A DNA stretch of 64,000 nt from the human T2T-CHM13v2.0 reference genome, Homo sapiens: assembly GCA_009914755.4 (NCBI GenBank), contig CP086569.2, positions 7,488,001-7,552,000 on the forward strand, given 5' to 3'. This document shows, in pieces, positions 38,701 through 54,794 of this stretch (position 1 is the stretch's first letter; each line of letters starts with the position of its first letter). Made by a program: the position numbers and the translations under genes. Below the pieces are notes generated by a model. It did not search any database and was not told the DNA's origin. It saw nothing but the letters and a program-made list of their open reading frames with translations.

Positions 38701-41700
38701 TGTTTACTGAGCCCTGCTTTGACTCTATCTGTATAACCCAAAGGCTGTAAAATATGTGTGAGTCTTGTAATATTTTGTAACCTTGGAACAAGAAGGTGAT
38801 CCACGACATCACGCATGTTCCTAAACCTAGTTATAAGAGTCAAAATATCCCTTATTGTTTGAGTCCATATATGAAAGTCATTATCATGCCTATGAGCTGT
38901 GCCTAGGTATATGTTACAATTCCATCTGTGATTATGAAGCAGGCAGAACTGCCACATTACCTAAATGCTGGGCCATAAATATTCCAATATTCTCTTTGTA
39001 AGCAAGGTCTCTTCAGAAAGTCACATAACTTGTGTTCTAGGTCCAGCTATGTGGCAAAATGTCCCCTGTGGGCAGTGTCTAGGCAGAAGAGGGGAGTCAT
39101 ATAACCTAAAATCTGGGTCCAAAAATGTGTCAAAATGCTTCTTGTTGACAGGGCCCAGGCAAGAGTGTCATAACATTTAGATGCAGTGTTTATAAATGCT
39201 ACCATTTCCAAAGAAAGCAGGGTGCAGGCAAGAGAGGAGAGCCATGTAACCTAAACGATTGGTCCAGAAGTATGTTAAAATCCCACCTAGGCACCTTTTT
39301 ATAATAACACAGTTAAATCACCAATATGCTTGTCCCAGGTATTTGTCAAAATCTCATTTGTGGGCTACACCTAGGCAGTATTATTAAATCATTCAAGAAC
39401 TGGGCAAAGGTGTATGGCACAATTACACTTGTGGAAAGGTTTCAGAATAAGAGTCACCATTCTGCACTTATTCTGGCTCCAGGCATATGAGTTGTTTCTA
39501 GGCTTGTCTTATGGTCTCAGATATACAGCATAATATCACTTGTGACCAGAGAGAAGGCAAGAAAGTTACATCATCTATGTGGCAAATCAAAACGCTTTCT
39601 CTGGGCAGAAATTTGACACAAAAGGAGACTAACTTCACCTAGGGAATTGGCCTAGATATAAGTGACAATGACTTTTATGTGCAGTACCAAGCCTGGAGCG
39701 TGACCTCACATTGGTGCTGGGCACAGCAATAAATCAAAATCTTCCTGTTGTCACAATACAGGCAAAAGGGAAGAAACATCTTGTAAAAGCTGAGTCAAGT
39801 GATATATTATATAATGCTTCCTGTTGGCAGAACGTAAAAGAAGAATCATATCACCTGGGTGCTTTGCCCAGTTATATTTCACAATGCACTGTAAGTGCAT
39901 GGAACCAAGGCAATAGTCACAATTCCAACTTTGTGCTGTATCCCCTTGTTAGACTCAGGACCTCAACAGTGGGCATGGTAAATGTCAGATGATGACAACC
40001 TTTAATTTCGCATGTGTGTGTAACTAAGTGTCCCAATCTAAACTTGTTGCTGGGCCCTGCTTTCTCTAAAGGCCCTTTCTACCACCAAAGGGCTTATACA
40101 ATGTAAATTAATGTAGAAAGATTCTGTGAACTTGTTACAAATATGCAACCCAGGATCTTATCAAATGCCCTAAGCCTAACAATGAGAGGCAAAATATCTT
40201 TTATTGGTTGAATCCCAATACAAGTTTGATTATCATGCCTGTGAACTGAAGACAGGTATATGTCATAATCCCATTTGTGGGTAGAAATATTAGGAAGGAG
40301 CGTAACATCATTTAGATGTTTTGCCAAGCAATACATCACAATGCCTTCTCTAGGCAGTGTATAGGACATTGGGTTACATTAACTTGATTCTTAACACACT
40401 AATATAACATCATTCCACGTGTGGAAAATATTCAAGCCAAGTTATGAGAGCCAAAACACCTACATAATGGGCCCAAGATATGTCAAAATATGTTTCCTGG
40501 CTCCAGCATAAACAGGGCAGTCACATCCAAAATATGCTGCACCCAGCAATATGCAATATGCCATAATTTCCTCTTTATGCAGAATCCAGGTGGAAGAGTA
40601 ACATAATCTGGGTGTTTGGCCCTGTAATGCATCAAAATTACTTTTTTGTGGTCATCATTAGGGAGAAAGATGAGACTCACATACCCTGAATGCTGGGTTC
40701 AACAATGTGTCAAAATCCTTCTATTGTGAAGGCCCAGACAGAAAAAGAGAGTCACTTCTCTTAGGTTATGTACTCAGAGTTATATATCAGCGTCCCCAGT
40801 AGGAAAGAATCAGGTCAACAAGGAGAGTCATGTCACCTAGGTGCTTCCTAGAAATATGTCACAGTGTAATATGAGGGCAGAATCCAGGCAGAAGACCCAC
40901 ATCACTTGGGTGCTGGGTCCTGAGATATGTCACAAGCCACTCTTAGGAAAAGCCCAGACAAGAGAATTACATTACCTCAGTGCAGGTTCTCTGCTTAAGC
41001 CTCAATAATACATGTGGGTAGAGTCCAAGGAGGGAGTCCCTTCACCTAGGTGATAGGCCCAGATATATGTCAAAATGTTTTCTATGAAGCACAGTACTGG
41101 CAAATTAGTACCATCACCTCTGCCCCGGCCCAGAATTATGCCACTCTTCAGGTTGGCGAGGCTGAAGCAGGAAAGTGAAAAACCTACGTGATAGGCCCAG
41201 AGATATGTTTTAATGTCCTCCTTTGGGTATGGCTCTGGTGAAAGAATACTATCATCTGTTTGCCTGACCTTGTAATATGTCATTATCCTTTATCTGTGTA
41301 GGGCCCATTCCAGAGAGGAGAGTAACAACACCTATGAGGGGAACACAGAAATAAGTCTCAATAATTTTTGAAGACACGGAACAGCAAGAATGTAACATCA
41401 ATTGGATGTTAGATCCAGGGTTATGTCACAATACTTACTGTTAGAAAAGCCCAGGTAGGAAAGTCACATCACCTCAAGGTTGGCAAAGGTAGATATCACA
41501 ATCCCATATATGAGCTGGAATAAATCTGGAGAGTTAAATTACACAGGCTCTTGGCAAAGATTTATATCACAATCACATTGTCAGAAAATTCCAAAGATGA
41601 GATTTACAGTACCACATGTATCCTGTTTGTATGTGTGACAGTTGGTTTTATGCATGTGAAATGATGACTGTACTTACTGTCAGCTGGGTTTACATACAAG

Positions 41701-44700
41701 ACTCAAAATTTTAAATGTGTGCTGAGCCTTGCTTTGACTCTGTCTGTATAAACCAAAGACTTTGTAAAATATGTATGAATGTTATATTATTTCATGACTT
41801 TGTACATGAAGGTGATGAAGGACATCACATATGTCCCTAAACTTAGTTGTAAGAGTCAAAATATCCTCTATTGGTTAACCCCACGTATGAGAGTCATTAT
41901 CATGCTTGTGAGCCATGCCTATATATATGTTACCTTATATGTTATATTAATATGTTATATTTTGCTGGTCCCTGTCATGAAACTGTCTGTACCACCAAAA
42001 GAGGTTATAAATTATGAGTTAGTGCTGTAAAGTCCTGTGAGCTTTGTAGCAATATGCAAATCAGGACATTAACTATTGTGCTAAGTCTAATGATGAAAGG
42101 CAAAAATGTCCCCTGCTGGCTGAATCCCAGGTTAAGTTTGACCATCATTACTGTGAACAGAAGTCAAGTATAGGTAATAGTCCCATATGTGGGGAAAAAA
42201 CTAGGCAGGAGGGTACTATCACTTGGGTGGTGTACCAAGCAGTGTGTCACAATGCCCTCTTGAGGCAGAGTATAGGAATTAGAGTCACATTAACTGGGTG
42301 ATGGACTCAGCAATATGACACCATCCCACATGTGGAAAAAAACTGCTAAGTTATCAGAGCCAAAATACTATGTAATGGGCCTAAGATATAACAAAATACC
42401 ATCTGTGGCTCCTGCACAGGCATGAGCATCACATTTTCAGGTTGCTGAGCCCAGTAATATGCCCTAATTTTCTCTATATGCAGGATGCAGATAAAAGAGT
42501 AACACTGCATGCTGAGCCCTCCAATAAATGAAAACTTGTGTTTGTGGGCATGGTTTGAGAAAAAAAAAAAGGTGAATCAAATAAACTGAGTGCTAGGCTC
42601 AGCAATATGTCACAATCCTCCCATTGTAAAGACCAGGTAGGAGAAAAGAGTAACTTCACTAATATCATGGGCTCATAGATATATCCCAGTGTCCCCTATA
42701 GGAAGGTTCCAGGCAGAAAAGGAAAGTCATATTGCCTAGGTGCTTCCCTAGATACATGTCACAATCTCATGAGTGGGTAGAAACAGACAGAAAAGCTACA
42801 TCACCTGGGTGCATCCTGATGTAATGTGTCACCACACCCAATGTAAACAGATTTTAAGATTAAAAAAAAAAACAGAATCACAACACCTGGGTGTTGGGCT
42901 CAGCAGTATGTAATAGTTCTCTTTCTGGGCAGCGTCAAGGAAAAAGAGTAGAGTCATGTCACCTAGGATTTGCACTCAGTGGCATGTCACAATTTCTTCA
43001 GCAGGCAGAATCCAGGCAGGAGAGGAGAGTCACATTACCTAGATGCTACATCTATCGATATGTCATAGTGTTCCCTGTGGGTAGTACACTGGCAGGAGAG
43101 ACACTGGGGTCTTCAGCCAACAATGCAATAAAAACCACACGAGGAAGAAACCCAACAAATTGATGACAGCCAAAAAACCTACAGAATGGGCCAAAGATAT
43201 TTCAAAATACCTTTTGTGGCTCTGGCACAAGCCAAAGAGTCACATCATTAGGGAGCAGGGTGAAGCAATATGCCATAATTCCCTCTTTATTAATGACCAA
43301 GGCAGAAAAGAAACAGCATCTGGGTTCTGGGCGCTGAAATATACAGCAAAAGTCCTGTTTGTGGGCATTGTTCAGCAACAAGACAGGTGTCAGTTTACCT
43401 AAGTGCTGCAGCTGGACTCCTCAGTGTATTACAGTCCTGCCATTGTTAAGGCTAAGATAGAAGAAGAGAGTCTTATCACTTAGGTCATGGGCTCAGACAT
43501 AAGGCCAAGCTAGCAGTAAGCAGGGCTCAGGCAGAAAAAACAAGTTATATCACCTAGGTGCTTATTTAGGTATATGCCACAATTTTATATGTGGGTAGAA
43601 ACCAGGCTGAAGAGCTACATCACCTGGCCCAGGTACCTGAGATATTCACAAGTCCCTCTTAAAAAAATTACCCAGGCAAGAGAGTTATGTCACCAAAGTG
43701 CAGGATTCATCCTTATATCGCAATGCTTCATGTAGGCAAGGCCAAGCCGTAAGTCACGTCACCAAGGAGATAGTCCCAGAGATAAGTCACAAAGCCTTCC
43801 TTAAAGCATGACCCTGTCAGAAGAGTACCATCATCTCAATGCCTGGCCTAGAATTATGCCACTATTCAAGTAGGAAATTCCCAAACAGAACAGCCATATA
43901 ACTTACATGATATGCCCTGTGATATGTCAAAATGTCATATCTTGGAAATGGCTCTTGCAAAAGAATATCATCACCTGTGTGTATGGCCTAGGAATATGTC
44001 ACTATTTTGCACTGTGTGCAGGGCCCATTCCAGAGAAGAGTTTTGTCTCATAACTGAGGGACACAGTGGTATGTCACAATCATGTCTGTGGGAATGGTGC
44101 AGCCAAGAATGTAACATCACCTGTGTGCTGGATCCAGTGATGTCACAATACTTACTGAGAGCAGGGCCCAAGAAGAACAATCACATCACTTCAAGGTTGA
44201 CCAAGTTAAATATCAAAATTCCATTTGTAGGCTCGCACCTGTCTGAAGAGTGAAATCACACAGGTGTTTGACAAAGATATATATCACAGTCACAATGGAA
44301 GATAATTCTAGGGCTTAGATGTATAATACCATATAAGTCCTATATTCATGTAGGAGAATTGCCTTCATCCATCTGTGATGGAGAAAGCCTTTAGTGTCAG
44401 CTGGGTGTGCATAAGAGACTTACAATTTCCTCTGTGTGCTAGACCCTGTTATGACACTCTCTATACAATGCAAGGGTGTTATAAAATATGTGTGAGTGTT
44501 TTAATCTTCTTTGACATTTTTACCAGAAGGAGATCCTGGACATCACTCATGTCCCTCAACCTTGTTATAAAAGTGGCCTTATTGGCTGGGTCAACATATG
44601 GGAGTCATTATCATGCCTCTTAACTGTGCCTAGGAATATGTCACATCCCCACTGTGATTATAAAACAGGCAGGACAAACACATCACCTAAGTCCTAAGCC

Positions 44701-47700
44701 ACAAATATTTCAATATTCTCTTTGTTGGCACGGCCATAAGAGAAATATCACAAAATTTGTGGGCTATGCACAGCTTTAAGGTGTAATGTCCCTTGTGGAA
44801 AGTGTCCAGGCAGGAGAGGAGAGACATACCACATAAAGGATGGACCACAGATATATGACAATGCCTCCTGTTGAAAAGGCTTAGGCAAGAGGATCATGTA
44901 ATTTGTATGTAGTGCTTAGAAATGGTACATTATTCACTGGAAGCAGGGTTTACGCAGGAGAGAAGAGTCACATAACCAAGATTATTGATTCAGAGATATG
45001 TTAAAATCCCATCTGAGGACAGTGTTAAAACATGAGAATCAAATCACTGAGGTTTTTTGTCCAGGTTTATGTCAAAATGACATGTGGAGGCTGAAACTAG
45101 GAAGGGTTATTAAATCACTCAGGATATGGGGATGGTAAAACTCACAATAACCCCTGTGGAAAGATTCAGAGATGAGTGTCACCATCCTGCGTATCCTGGC
45201 TCCAGGTACAAGAGTCATTATTAGGCTTTTTATCTGGTCTCAGCTATATGGCACTATATAACCCATGGGTTGGAAGAAGAAAGGAAAGCCTCATCATCTG
45301 AGTGGGTACTGGTACAGTGAAATGTTACAATTCTCCTTGTGAGCAGGATATTGGTAGAAGATTCACATCACCTGGATGCAGGTTTCAGTAATATATCTAA
45401 ATCCTGCCTGTGAGTAGGACTCAGGCAGTGAAGGAGACAAACTCTACCTAGGCTGTTGGTCAGGATATGTTGCAGAGTGGCCCCTATGTGCAGGACCAAG
45501 GCAGGAGAACGATCTCACCTGGGTGCTTGGTTCTGCAATATGTCGCAATCTCTGTGCTGGTCAGGGCCCAGAAAAAATAGAAGACACATCACCAAGGTGC
45601 TAAGCCAAGTGATATGTTACAAAGCTTTCTGTTGGGAGAATCCTCTCCAAAAAGAGTCACATCACCTGTGTTGAATAACCAGTTATGAGTCACAGTGCAC
45701 CCTAAGTGCAGGGCCAAGGCAGTAGAAAAAAGTCACATAATTTATGTAATGGACCTAGATAAAAGCCATAGTGCTTTTTGGAATCAGTGTTAAGGCCAAG
45801 ATTTTACATCAGCTGGGTGCTGGTTTAAGTGGTCTGTAAAAGTGCCCTTTGTCACATTGCCAAAGAAAGTGTTATTTTTTGCTTAGGTGCTTGGTGCACC
45901 TATGTCACAATTTCAACTGTGTTCTGGGCCTAGAAATGATAGTCAAAGTACTCAGATGCTGGGTAAGCTCATACTTTTCAATTGTATCCTTGAAAACGTT
46001 CAGAAATAAGTTTCACAGTCCCACACAAGTCCTGGTTTTTGGTATGAGAGTTAACACGTCCTATGAGTTGGCTTGAAGGGTAACAGAAGTCACAGTCTCA
46101 ACAATGAGCAAGATCCATGTATCGTAGCCCAAATCCTGCTTGAAGATTGTGTTCCAGTAGAAGAGTCAAATGACCAAACCTCTGATGAATCACGGTTGAA
46201 ATGTCACAAAACCACCTGTGGATCAGATTTATGTATGAGAGTCACAACTTCAATATTTGACTGCTTATGTGTGTAAGATTTAGTACCTCACTGGTAGGCT
46301 CTGTTCATGTGTAAGAAATACAATTGTGTCAGCTAGGTGTACATCCAAAAGTCACAATACTACCTGGTTGCAGGTGCCTCTAATGATACTCTTTGTATCC
46401 CTCAGGCTTTATATGATATGCCTGGTAGCATACTTTTCTGTCAGTTCCTACAGGTGGGAAATCTAGGACTTGGCAAGCAATATGTAACAATGCATTCTCT
46501 AGAAATGAGGGTTACCTTAACTGGGTACTGGCCCAGCAATATGACAAAATCCCAAATATAGAAAAAGTAAACCCACCCAAATAATGAGAGCACAATCACT
46601 TACAGAGTGTGCACAAGGTATATAAAAATGCTTTCTGTTTCTCTGACACATGCAAGACAGTTACATCATCAGGATTGGGGTGTGGGCAGCAATAGGACAT
46701 AATTATCTCTTTATGCCTGACCTAGGCAGAAAAGGAATATCATCTGAGTGCTGGGCCCTGCAATGCATCAAAATTCATTTTCTTGGGCATTGCTTGGGAC
46801 AAAAAACAGTGTCATATTACCTAAGCATTGGGCTTAGCAATATGTCACATAACCCCATTTCAAAGGCTGGCAGAAGAAGAGTCACATCACTTATGAGTCA
46901 GACTCACATATATGGCTTAATGTCCCAAGTAGGTAGGGCTCAGGCAGAAAATAAGAGTCATATCACCTAAGTCCTTCTCTCCTTATATGAAAAAATCTAA
47001 CATGTGAGGTGAAGCCAGGCAGAAGAGTCACATCAACTTGATGGTGGAACCTACGATATGTCTCAAGGCTCCCTTAGGACAGTACCCAGGCAAGAGTGTT
47101 ACAGCAAATAAGTGCATGTTCTGCCCTTATGTAACAATGCCACATGTGGATAGGGCCTAAGCAGGGAGTCACATCACCTAGGTGATAAGCCCAGAGATAT
47201 GTCACAATGTCATCCTTGAGGCATGGCCTCAAGGAAGTGCTGAAAGACTATCACTACCTGTTTGCTTAGCCTAGCAATATGTCACAATCTAGGTAAGCAG
47301 GACCCAAGCAGGAGAGCAATATCACCTATGTGATAGGCCCACAGATTTTTCACATTGCCCTTTTTATGACATGGCCCTAGCCAAAGAGTACTGTCATCTG
47401 TGTGCCTGGCCCAGCCATATGTCACTATTCCCCACTGTGTGCAAGGTCCATTCTAATGAGGAGAGTTACATCACCTAGGTGGTTGACACAGCGATATGTC
47501 ACAATGATTTCTGTGGGCATGGTTCAGGCGATTCTTACTGAGAGTAGGGCCCATGCAGGAGGGTCAAATCACCTAAAGATTGTCCCACATTGATTTCGAA
47601 ATAACGTAACTGGGCTGGAAACAGTCAGAGAGTCAAATCAGACAAATGCTCAGAAAATATTTACATCACAATCACACTGGCAGAAAATTCCCAGGATAAG

Positions 47701-50491
47701 ATTAACAATACCACACATGTTCTGTTTTCATTAGTGACAATTGGCTTTATATATGTGAGGTGGTGACAGTCCTTACTGTCAGTTGGGTGTTCATATGAGA
47801 CTCACAATTTTACCTTTCTGACAGGTTCTGTTATGACACTTTCTATACAAGACAAAGCCTTTTCCATATCACTTATACTGTTATAATCTTCCATGACCTT
47901 TTTACCATAAAGAGATTTAATCACTTGTGTTTCTAAAACAAGTTAAGAGAGTCAAAATTACTCCTATTTGGTGGAGGGAGTCTACATATGACAGTCATTA
48001 TCATGCCTGTGAGCTTTTCTTAGGTATATGTCCCAACTTACTCTGTGGTAATGAAACAGGCATGAGATCCATATAATCTAAATGCTGTGGCAGAAATCTT
48101 CCAATATTCTTTTTTGGCAAATTTCTAGAAGAAAAATCACATAACTTTGGGGCTACGCCCGACTGTATGGGACAACACCCCTTGTGGGCAGTGTTTGACA
48201 GAAGAGGAGAGAAATATTAAATAAATGGTAGGTTCAGAGATAAGTTATAGTGGTAACTTGTTGAAAGGACCAGGCAAGAAAATCATATCATTTAAATGCA
48301 GTCCTTAGAAATACTACAATCTCCAGTGGAAGTAGAATCCAGGCGGGACATGACAGTGAGGCACCTAGATTGAGGGTCCAGAGACATGTTACAAAGCTTC
48401 CTAAAGATACTGTTAAGCCAGGAGAGTCAAATCACCAAAGTGCTCAGCTGAGATATATGTCCAAATCTCAATTGTGTGCTGCACCTAGGCAGGATTACTA
48501 AATCACTCAGGGGCTGGGCAAAAGTATATGTCACTATAACACTAGTGGAAAATTCCAGGAATAGGAGTCACCATCATGCCTATGACCTGGCTCTAGGTTT
48601 AAGAGTCATGATTAGTCCTCTTATCTGGTCTCAGTTATATGGGACAATATCCCTTGTGAGCGCAGAGGAAGCAAAATATCACATCACCTGGGTGGATGTT
48701 GGTCCAGTGAGATGTCACAATCATCGTGGGCAGAATTCTGGAAGAAGGGTCACATCACCTGGATGCTGGTTTAACTGATTTATCAAAATTCCCCTTTTGG
48801 GCTGGGCTTAGAAAGGAGAGGGGACTCACTTCACCTAGGCAATTGGTGTACATATGTGTCACAATGGCCACTGTGTGCAGGACTAATGTTTGGAAGAGAT
48901 CACAACTTGGTGCTGGATTTAGCCATATGTCACAATCTCCCTTGTGGTCAGCGCAAGGCAAGAGAGGAAAAACATCACCTAGGTGCTGTGCTGAGCCAAG
49001 TTATGTGTTACAAAGCTTTCTGATGGCAAAACCCAAAATGCAGTCACATCACTTGGGAGCAGTACCCCGTTATTTGTAACAATGCACCATTAATGCAGGG
49101 CCAAGGGATTAGAATTGGATAACATCACTTACATGATGAACCCAGACATAAGCCACAGTGCTTTTTATAGGTAGGGATTAGGCAAATAATTCACATCACC
49201 TGGGAGATGGTCCTAGTTGACATGTAAAAGGGCCCTTTTTATATAGGCCCAAGAACCTATGCTTAGGTGTATGGTCCAAGTATATCACAATTTCATCTGT
49301 GGTCATGGCCTAAAAAAACCAGTCAGATTATTCAGGAGCTGGGATAACTGTTATGTCCTAATCACACACTAGACGATATTCAGAAATAAGTTTCACAGTC
49401 CCACACAACTCCTGGCTTTGTGTATGTGAGTTAACACCTCCTGTGAGTTGGGTCAAAGCAGAGGAGTCCCAGTCTCAAAAATTGGCAAGATCCATGTATA
49501 AGATGCCCAATCCCACTTGAAGACTGTGTTCCAGTGGGGGAGTCACAGCCTCACAGGTGTGCAGAATCATGCAAAACCAAATCACTCATGAATCAGGTCC
49601 GTGTATAAGAGGAACAATTTCAACCTTAAATTGCTCATTTGTGTGAGATTTAGTACCTTATTTGTAGATAATATTCTTGTGAGAAAATGACAATCATGCC
49701 AGCTAGGTGTGTATCCAAGAGTCACAATCACACCTGGTTAGCGTTCCCTGTTACGACAGTTTTTGTACCACTCAGGCTTTATATGATATGCCTGAGTGTC
49801 ATAATCCTTTGTGAACTTTATACAATTAGGTGACTCATTTCTTTACTTATGGCCATGAAGCTGACTATGAGAGGCAAATTATCGCTCCTTTCTGGGTAAT
49901 GGTAAGATAATTAAATTTGTGCCTGTAAGCTGAACCCAGATGCATGTCAAAATTTCCCCTGAGGGCAGAAACAAAGCAGCATAGTCATGTTACCTGGATT
50001 CTGAGCACAGAATACATTATAATCTCCTTCACATGCAGGCCAAGTCAGAAGAGTCATGTCAAATTGTAACAACCTCAAGGAATATGGCACCATGTAAACT
50101 GTAGACATGGTTGAAGAAAAAAAAGTCACACCATGTAGGTGCTTAGCTCAGCAATATGTAATAATTTCCTCTTTTGGCTGATTCCAGAATAAAGAGGAGA
50201 GTTACATTACCTAGGTTTTGCACTCAGTAGTATGTCACAATTCCTTTTGTGAGCAGAACCTAGGCAAGAGATGAGAGTCACATTTCCTAGATGCTATGAC
50301 CAGCAATGTCACAATGTGCCTTGGGGCAAAAGCAAAGGAAAAATATGCAAATCATCTAACTGATAGGCTCAGAGAAATGTGATAATATCCCTTGCTATCA
50401 GGGCCCAGGCAGAAAAGTCACATTTTTATGATTCTTACTCAATGATATGCCAAAATACACACATGGGAAACAATGTAAGCAAAAGTTTTAA

Positions 50492-50822
<331 letters not shown>

Positions 50823-52839
50823 CAATATCCTAAGTTTTGAGAGTGACACTTTTAACTGTTAGCTTGGGGTCTATAACAAAGTCACACGGTCACATGTGTA
50901 CTGGGACACCAAATGACATTGTCTACAACATCCCAGGGCTTCATATGGCATGAATTATATTTGCAAACTTCTCTGAGGCCCATATGCTTGTATGAACTCA
51001 CAATCTTATATATTGCCTTAAATTCAGGTACAATAGTCAACATCTCTCATTTGGGCTACGTTCAGGAAGGAGAACCATTTTTATGCCTGTGAGGTGGGTC
51101 CAAAAATAAGTCACGATCGCACCTGAGGCCAGATGCACATGTGAGAGTCACAATTCCATTTTTGTACTGTTTTCTCATGTTAAACTTAGTAACTCAGCAG
51201 TATACTTTGTAATTGTGGGATGGTGACAATTTTACTTTCACCTGGGTGTGCAACTGAGAGTCAAAATTTTAACTTTTTGCTGGGCCTTGTTATGAAACTC
51301 TCTGTACCACCCATAAAGTTTATACAAAAATGAATTGTTTTTGTAAACTTCCATGAGCTTTGTACAAATATGCAACCCAGAATTTTTTCTATTGCCATAA
51401 GCCTAGTGATGAGAGGCAAAATATCTTCTATTGGCTGAATCCCAATATAGGTTTGATCATCATGCCTGTGAACTGAGCAAGGTATGTTCCATAATCCCAT
51501 CAGTGGGAAAAAAGTTAGAAAAAGAGTAACATCACTTAGGTGATGTGGCAATCAACATGTCAGAATGTTCCCTCTAGGCAGAATCTAGGAAGGAGGGTCA
51601 CATTAACTGGGTGCTGGAACCAGCAATATGTCAATTCCACATGTTGAAAAACATAAAAAAGTGATGAGAGCCAAAACACTTAAGAATAAGTCAAAGATAT
51701 TTCAAAATACTCTCTGTGGCTCTGGCATAGGCAGGACAGAACTGCAGTGAAAGAATTATATTACCTTGGTGCAGGTTTAACTTTTATGTCACAGTGATCT
51801 ATACAGGTGAGGCCCAAGTATTCAGTCACATCACCTAGGTGATAAGCCCAGAGATATGTCACAAGGACCTCCTTGAAATATAGCCCTGGCAAAATGTATC
51901 ATTACCTGTGTTCCTGATCTACCAATATGTCACCCCATCCTCTGTGCTCAGGGCACCTTCCAGAGAAAGGAGTTACATCACCTAAGAGGTGAACACAGTA
52001 ATATGTCACAATGATATCTGTGGGTGTGGTCCAGGCAAGAATATAACATCATCTGGATGTTAGATCCAGTGATATGTCATTATCCTTACTGAGAAAAGGG
52101 ACCAGGCAGGAGAATCACATCACCTAGACATTGGATCAGGATGAGGTAGAGATTATAATCCCATATATGTGCTAGAACCTGTCTGGAGAGTCAAATCACA
52201 CAGATGCTTGGCAAGATATGAATGACATTCACACTTGGAGGATATTGCAGAGATGAGATTTACAATAACATACATGTCCTGTTTTCATGTTTCACAGTAG
52301 GCTTCATATTTATGAGATGCAGACAATACTTCCTGTCAGCTGGATATGTATATGAGACTCCCAATTTCATCTTTTGGCTGGGTTTTGTTATGGCATTATC
52401 TGCACAAGCCAAAAGTTGTAAAATATCTCAGGCTGCTATAATCTTCTGTGAACTTTTTACCAGAAAGATATCTGAGACATCACTTGCATTGCTAAACCAA
52501 GTTACATGAGTCAAACTTACTCCTATTTCAGGGGTCCACATATGAGTCATTATCATGCCTGTGAGCTGTGCCTAGTTATTTGTCAAATGTTACTCTGTAG
52601 TAATGAAACAGGCATGACAGTCACATAACGTAAATGCTGAGACAGAAATGTTCCAATATTCTCTTTGTAGGCAGGTTCTTCACAGAAAAATCACATAACT
52701 TCGGGGGTCTATGCCCAACTCTACGGCACAGTGTCTCTTGTGGGTAATGTCAGGCAGAAGAAGAGAGTCATATTACCTAAATGATAGGCCCATAGATATG
52801 TTACAATGCCACCTGTTGAAAGGGCTAGGCAGGTATCAT

Positions 52840-53995
52840 TTATAATTATAGTCATTTTGTATCTTATTGTAGCTTTGATTTGCATTTTTCTAATAATAAT
52901 GTTGAGCATCTTTGCACACGCTTGGCCATTTCTATGTCTTCTTTGGAGAAATGTCACTTGGTGTCTCTTGCCTATTACTAAATTTTCTGTTATTTTTGCT
53001 TTAAGTTTCTCATATATTCTTTATATTTTTCCATTGCCATATGTATATTTTGCAAGTATATTCTCCCACACTGTAAGTTGTTCCTTCACTCTGTTAATTT
53101 ATTTTTGCTATGTAATTATTATTATTATTTTTTTTAGAATCTGGTAATTTTATTTGTCCGCTTTTGTTTTTCTTGCCTGTTCTTTTGAGGTCTTATTTAA
53201 ATTTTTTTTCCTGTCCTATTTGGTAAAGAATTTCTCTATGTTTTATTCAAATAATTTTATACATTTGAGTTTACATTTCAATCTTCTACTTATTTTTATT
53301 TAAATTATTTTAATATGGTAACAGGTAGGAACCTAGTTGTATTCCTCTGTATTTAAATAATCAATTTTCCCAGTACCATTCATTGAAAAGATTGTCTTTT
53401 CTTAAATGTATGTTCTGAACCACTCAAAAATTACTTGGCTCTAGGTTTATGAATTTTATTACTGGGATCACTGGATACTTTGGTCTATGTGTCTGTTTTC
53501 TATGCCATTATCATGCTGTTTTGCTTGTTATAGCTTTGCAGTATGTTTTGAATTCAGGTGGTTTGATATTGTCAGCTTTGTTCTTTTTTCACAGGATTAC
53601 TTTAGCTATTTCAAGAGTTTGTTTGTTTGTTTGTTTTGGTTCCACATAAATTTTGTGCCTCTTTATCTCATTTCTATACAAAAATATTCATGATATTTTT
53701 AGAGAGTTTGCATAGAATCTGTAGATTTCTTGTGTAGCATAGCTATCTTACCTATATTTTTTATAACTCATGAGAAAAATATCTATTTTTTTTACTTTTT
53801 TACCAATGTTTTATAATTTATTGTGTGGAGACTTTTTCTCTTTTTAATTAAGTCTACTTCTACACACCTTTATTTTTTATTCTAGATAAACAAAAAGTAT
53901 TTGGAAAATTTTACATGCCTTTGTAATTAAAACAAGTTAACAAATTAGGTATAGATGTTATGTACTTCAACACAGCTAAGGCAAAATATGACAAA
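52840..53995 (+). mobile_element. L1 3' UTR / ORF2-end fragment of an older primate L1 family (L1PA/L1PB/L1MA-type 3' end)
   Basis: It carries the characteristic older-L1 3'-end sequence ..ttgatttgcatttttctaataataatgttgagcatctttgcacacgcttggccatttctatgtcttctttggagaaatgtc.. It has no poly-A tail and ends at the HERV-W LTR. Confidence 0.55.
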
Positions 53996-54009
53996 TCAAT
54001 AGCAGTTAT

Positions 54010-54794
54010 TGTTACTGGTGGGTCTTCTTTATTCTCAGAGCTCCCAAGATGGTAGTAGGCTGCTCCCAACATGAGGCAGACAGCTCCCAAGATGACAGCA
54101 AGCTTTTTCTTCTCTGACCTGGGGTCTTGGCCTCAGGGATTCCAAGGAATGGAATCTTGGGCCATGCGGTGAGTGTTATAGCCCTACTAGAGGCTGTGGT
54201 TCATGGAAGAGAACCATGGAAGCCAGCAAATAGTGTTCAGCTCGATTAGGACAAACCTGGGCACTTAGCCATGCAGGAACAATGGTGAGCCTGTAGCCCA
54301 ATCAGGCGTGGCAATGGATGTCTAGCTGGATTAGGAGAACCATGAACACCCTGCTGGATCCAGAGGGGTGGAAGTCAGTGGCTGGTCTGCCATGGCAGCA
54401 TTTAGCAGTGATTATCGGAGAGCAAAATCTCAGCTTCAGCAGGAACAAATACAGACCAGAGGACTGTGCAGTTGCAAGATTTAATAGAGTGAAAACAGAG
54501 CTACCATAAAATGGGAAGGGACCCAAACATGGTTGCCCCTTCCTGCTCTAATGCCAGGGTTTATATCCCAACCATTGTCTCTCCCGTCTGTGTTCTCAGG
54601 TGATATATGATTTGACTATTTCTTTATCTCCAGCTTTTGACTAATTTGTATTTTAGTTAACCCTCTTTACTATCTGATTGGTCATGTGTGAGCTGAGTTA
54701 CAAGCCCCATGTTTAAAGGTAGGTGTGGTCACCTTCCTCAGCTAGGCTTAGGAATTCTTAGTCAGCCCAGGATATCCAGCTTGTCCTATCTGTC
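54010..54794 (-). mobile_element. 3' LTR of the minus-strand HERV-W provirus (LTR17-like, 785 bp)
   Basis: TG...CA termini (tgttactggtggg ... cttgtcctatctgtca), matching the consensus as above. Confidence 0.75.
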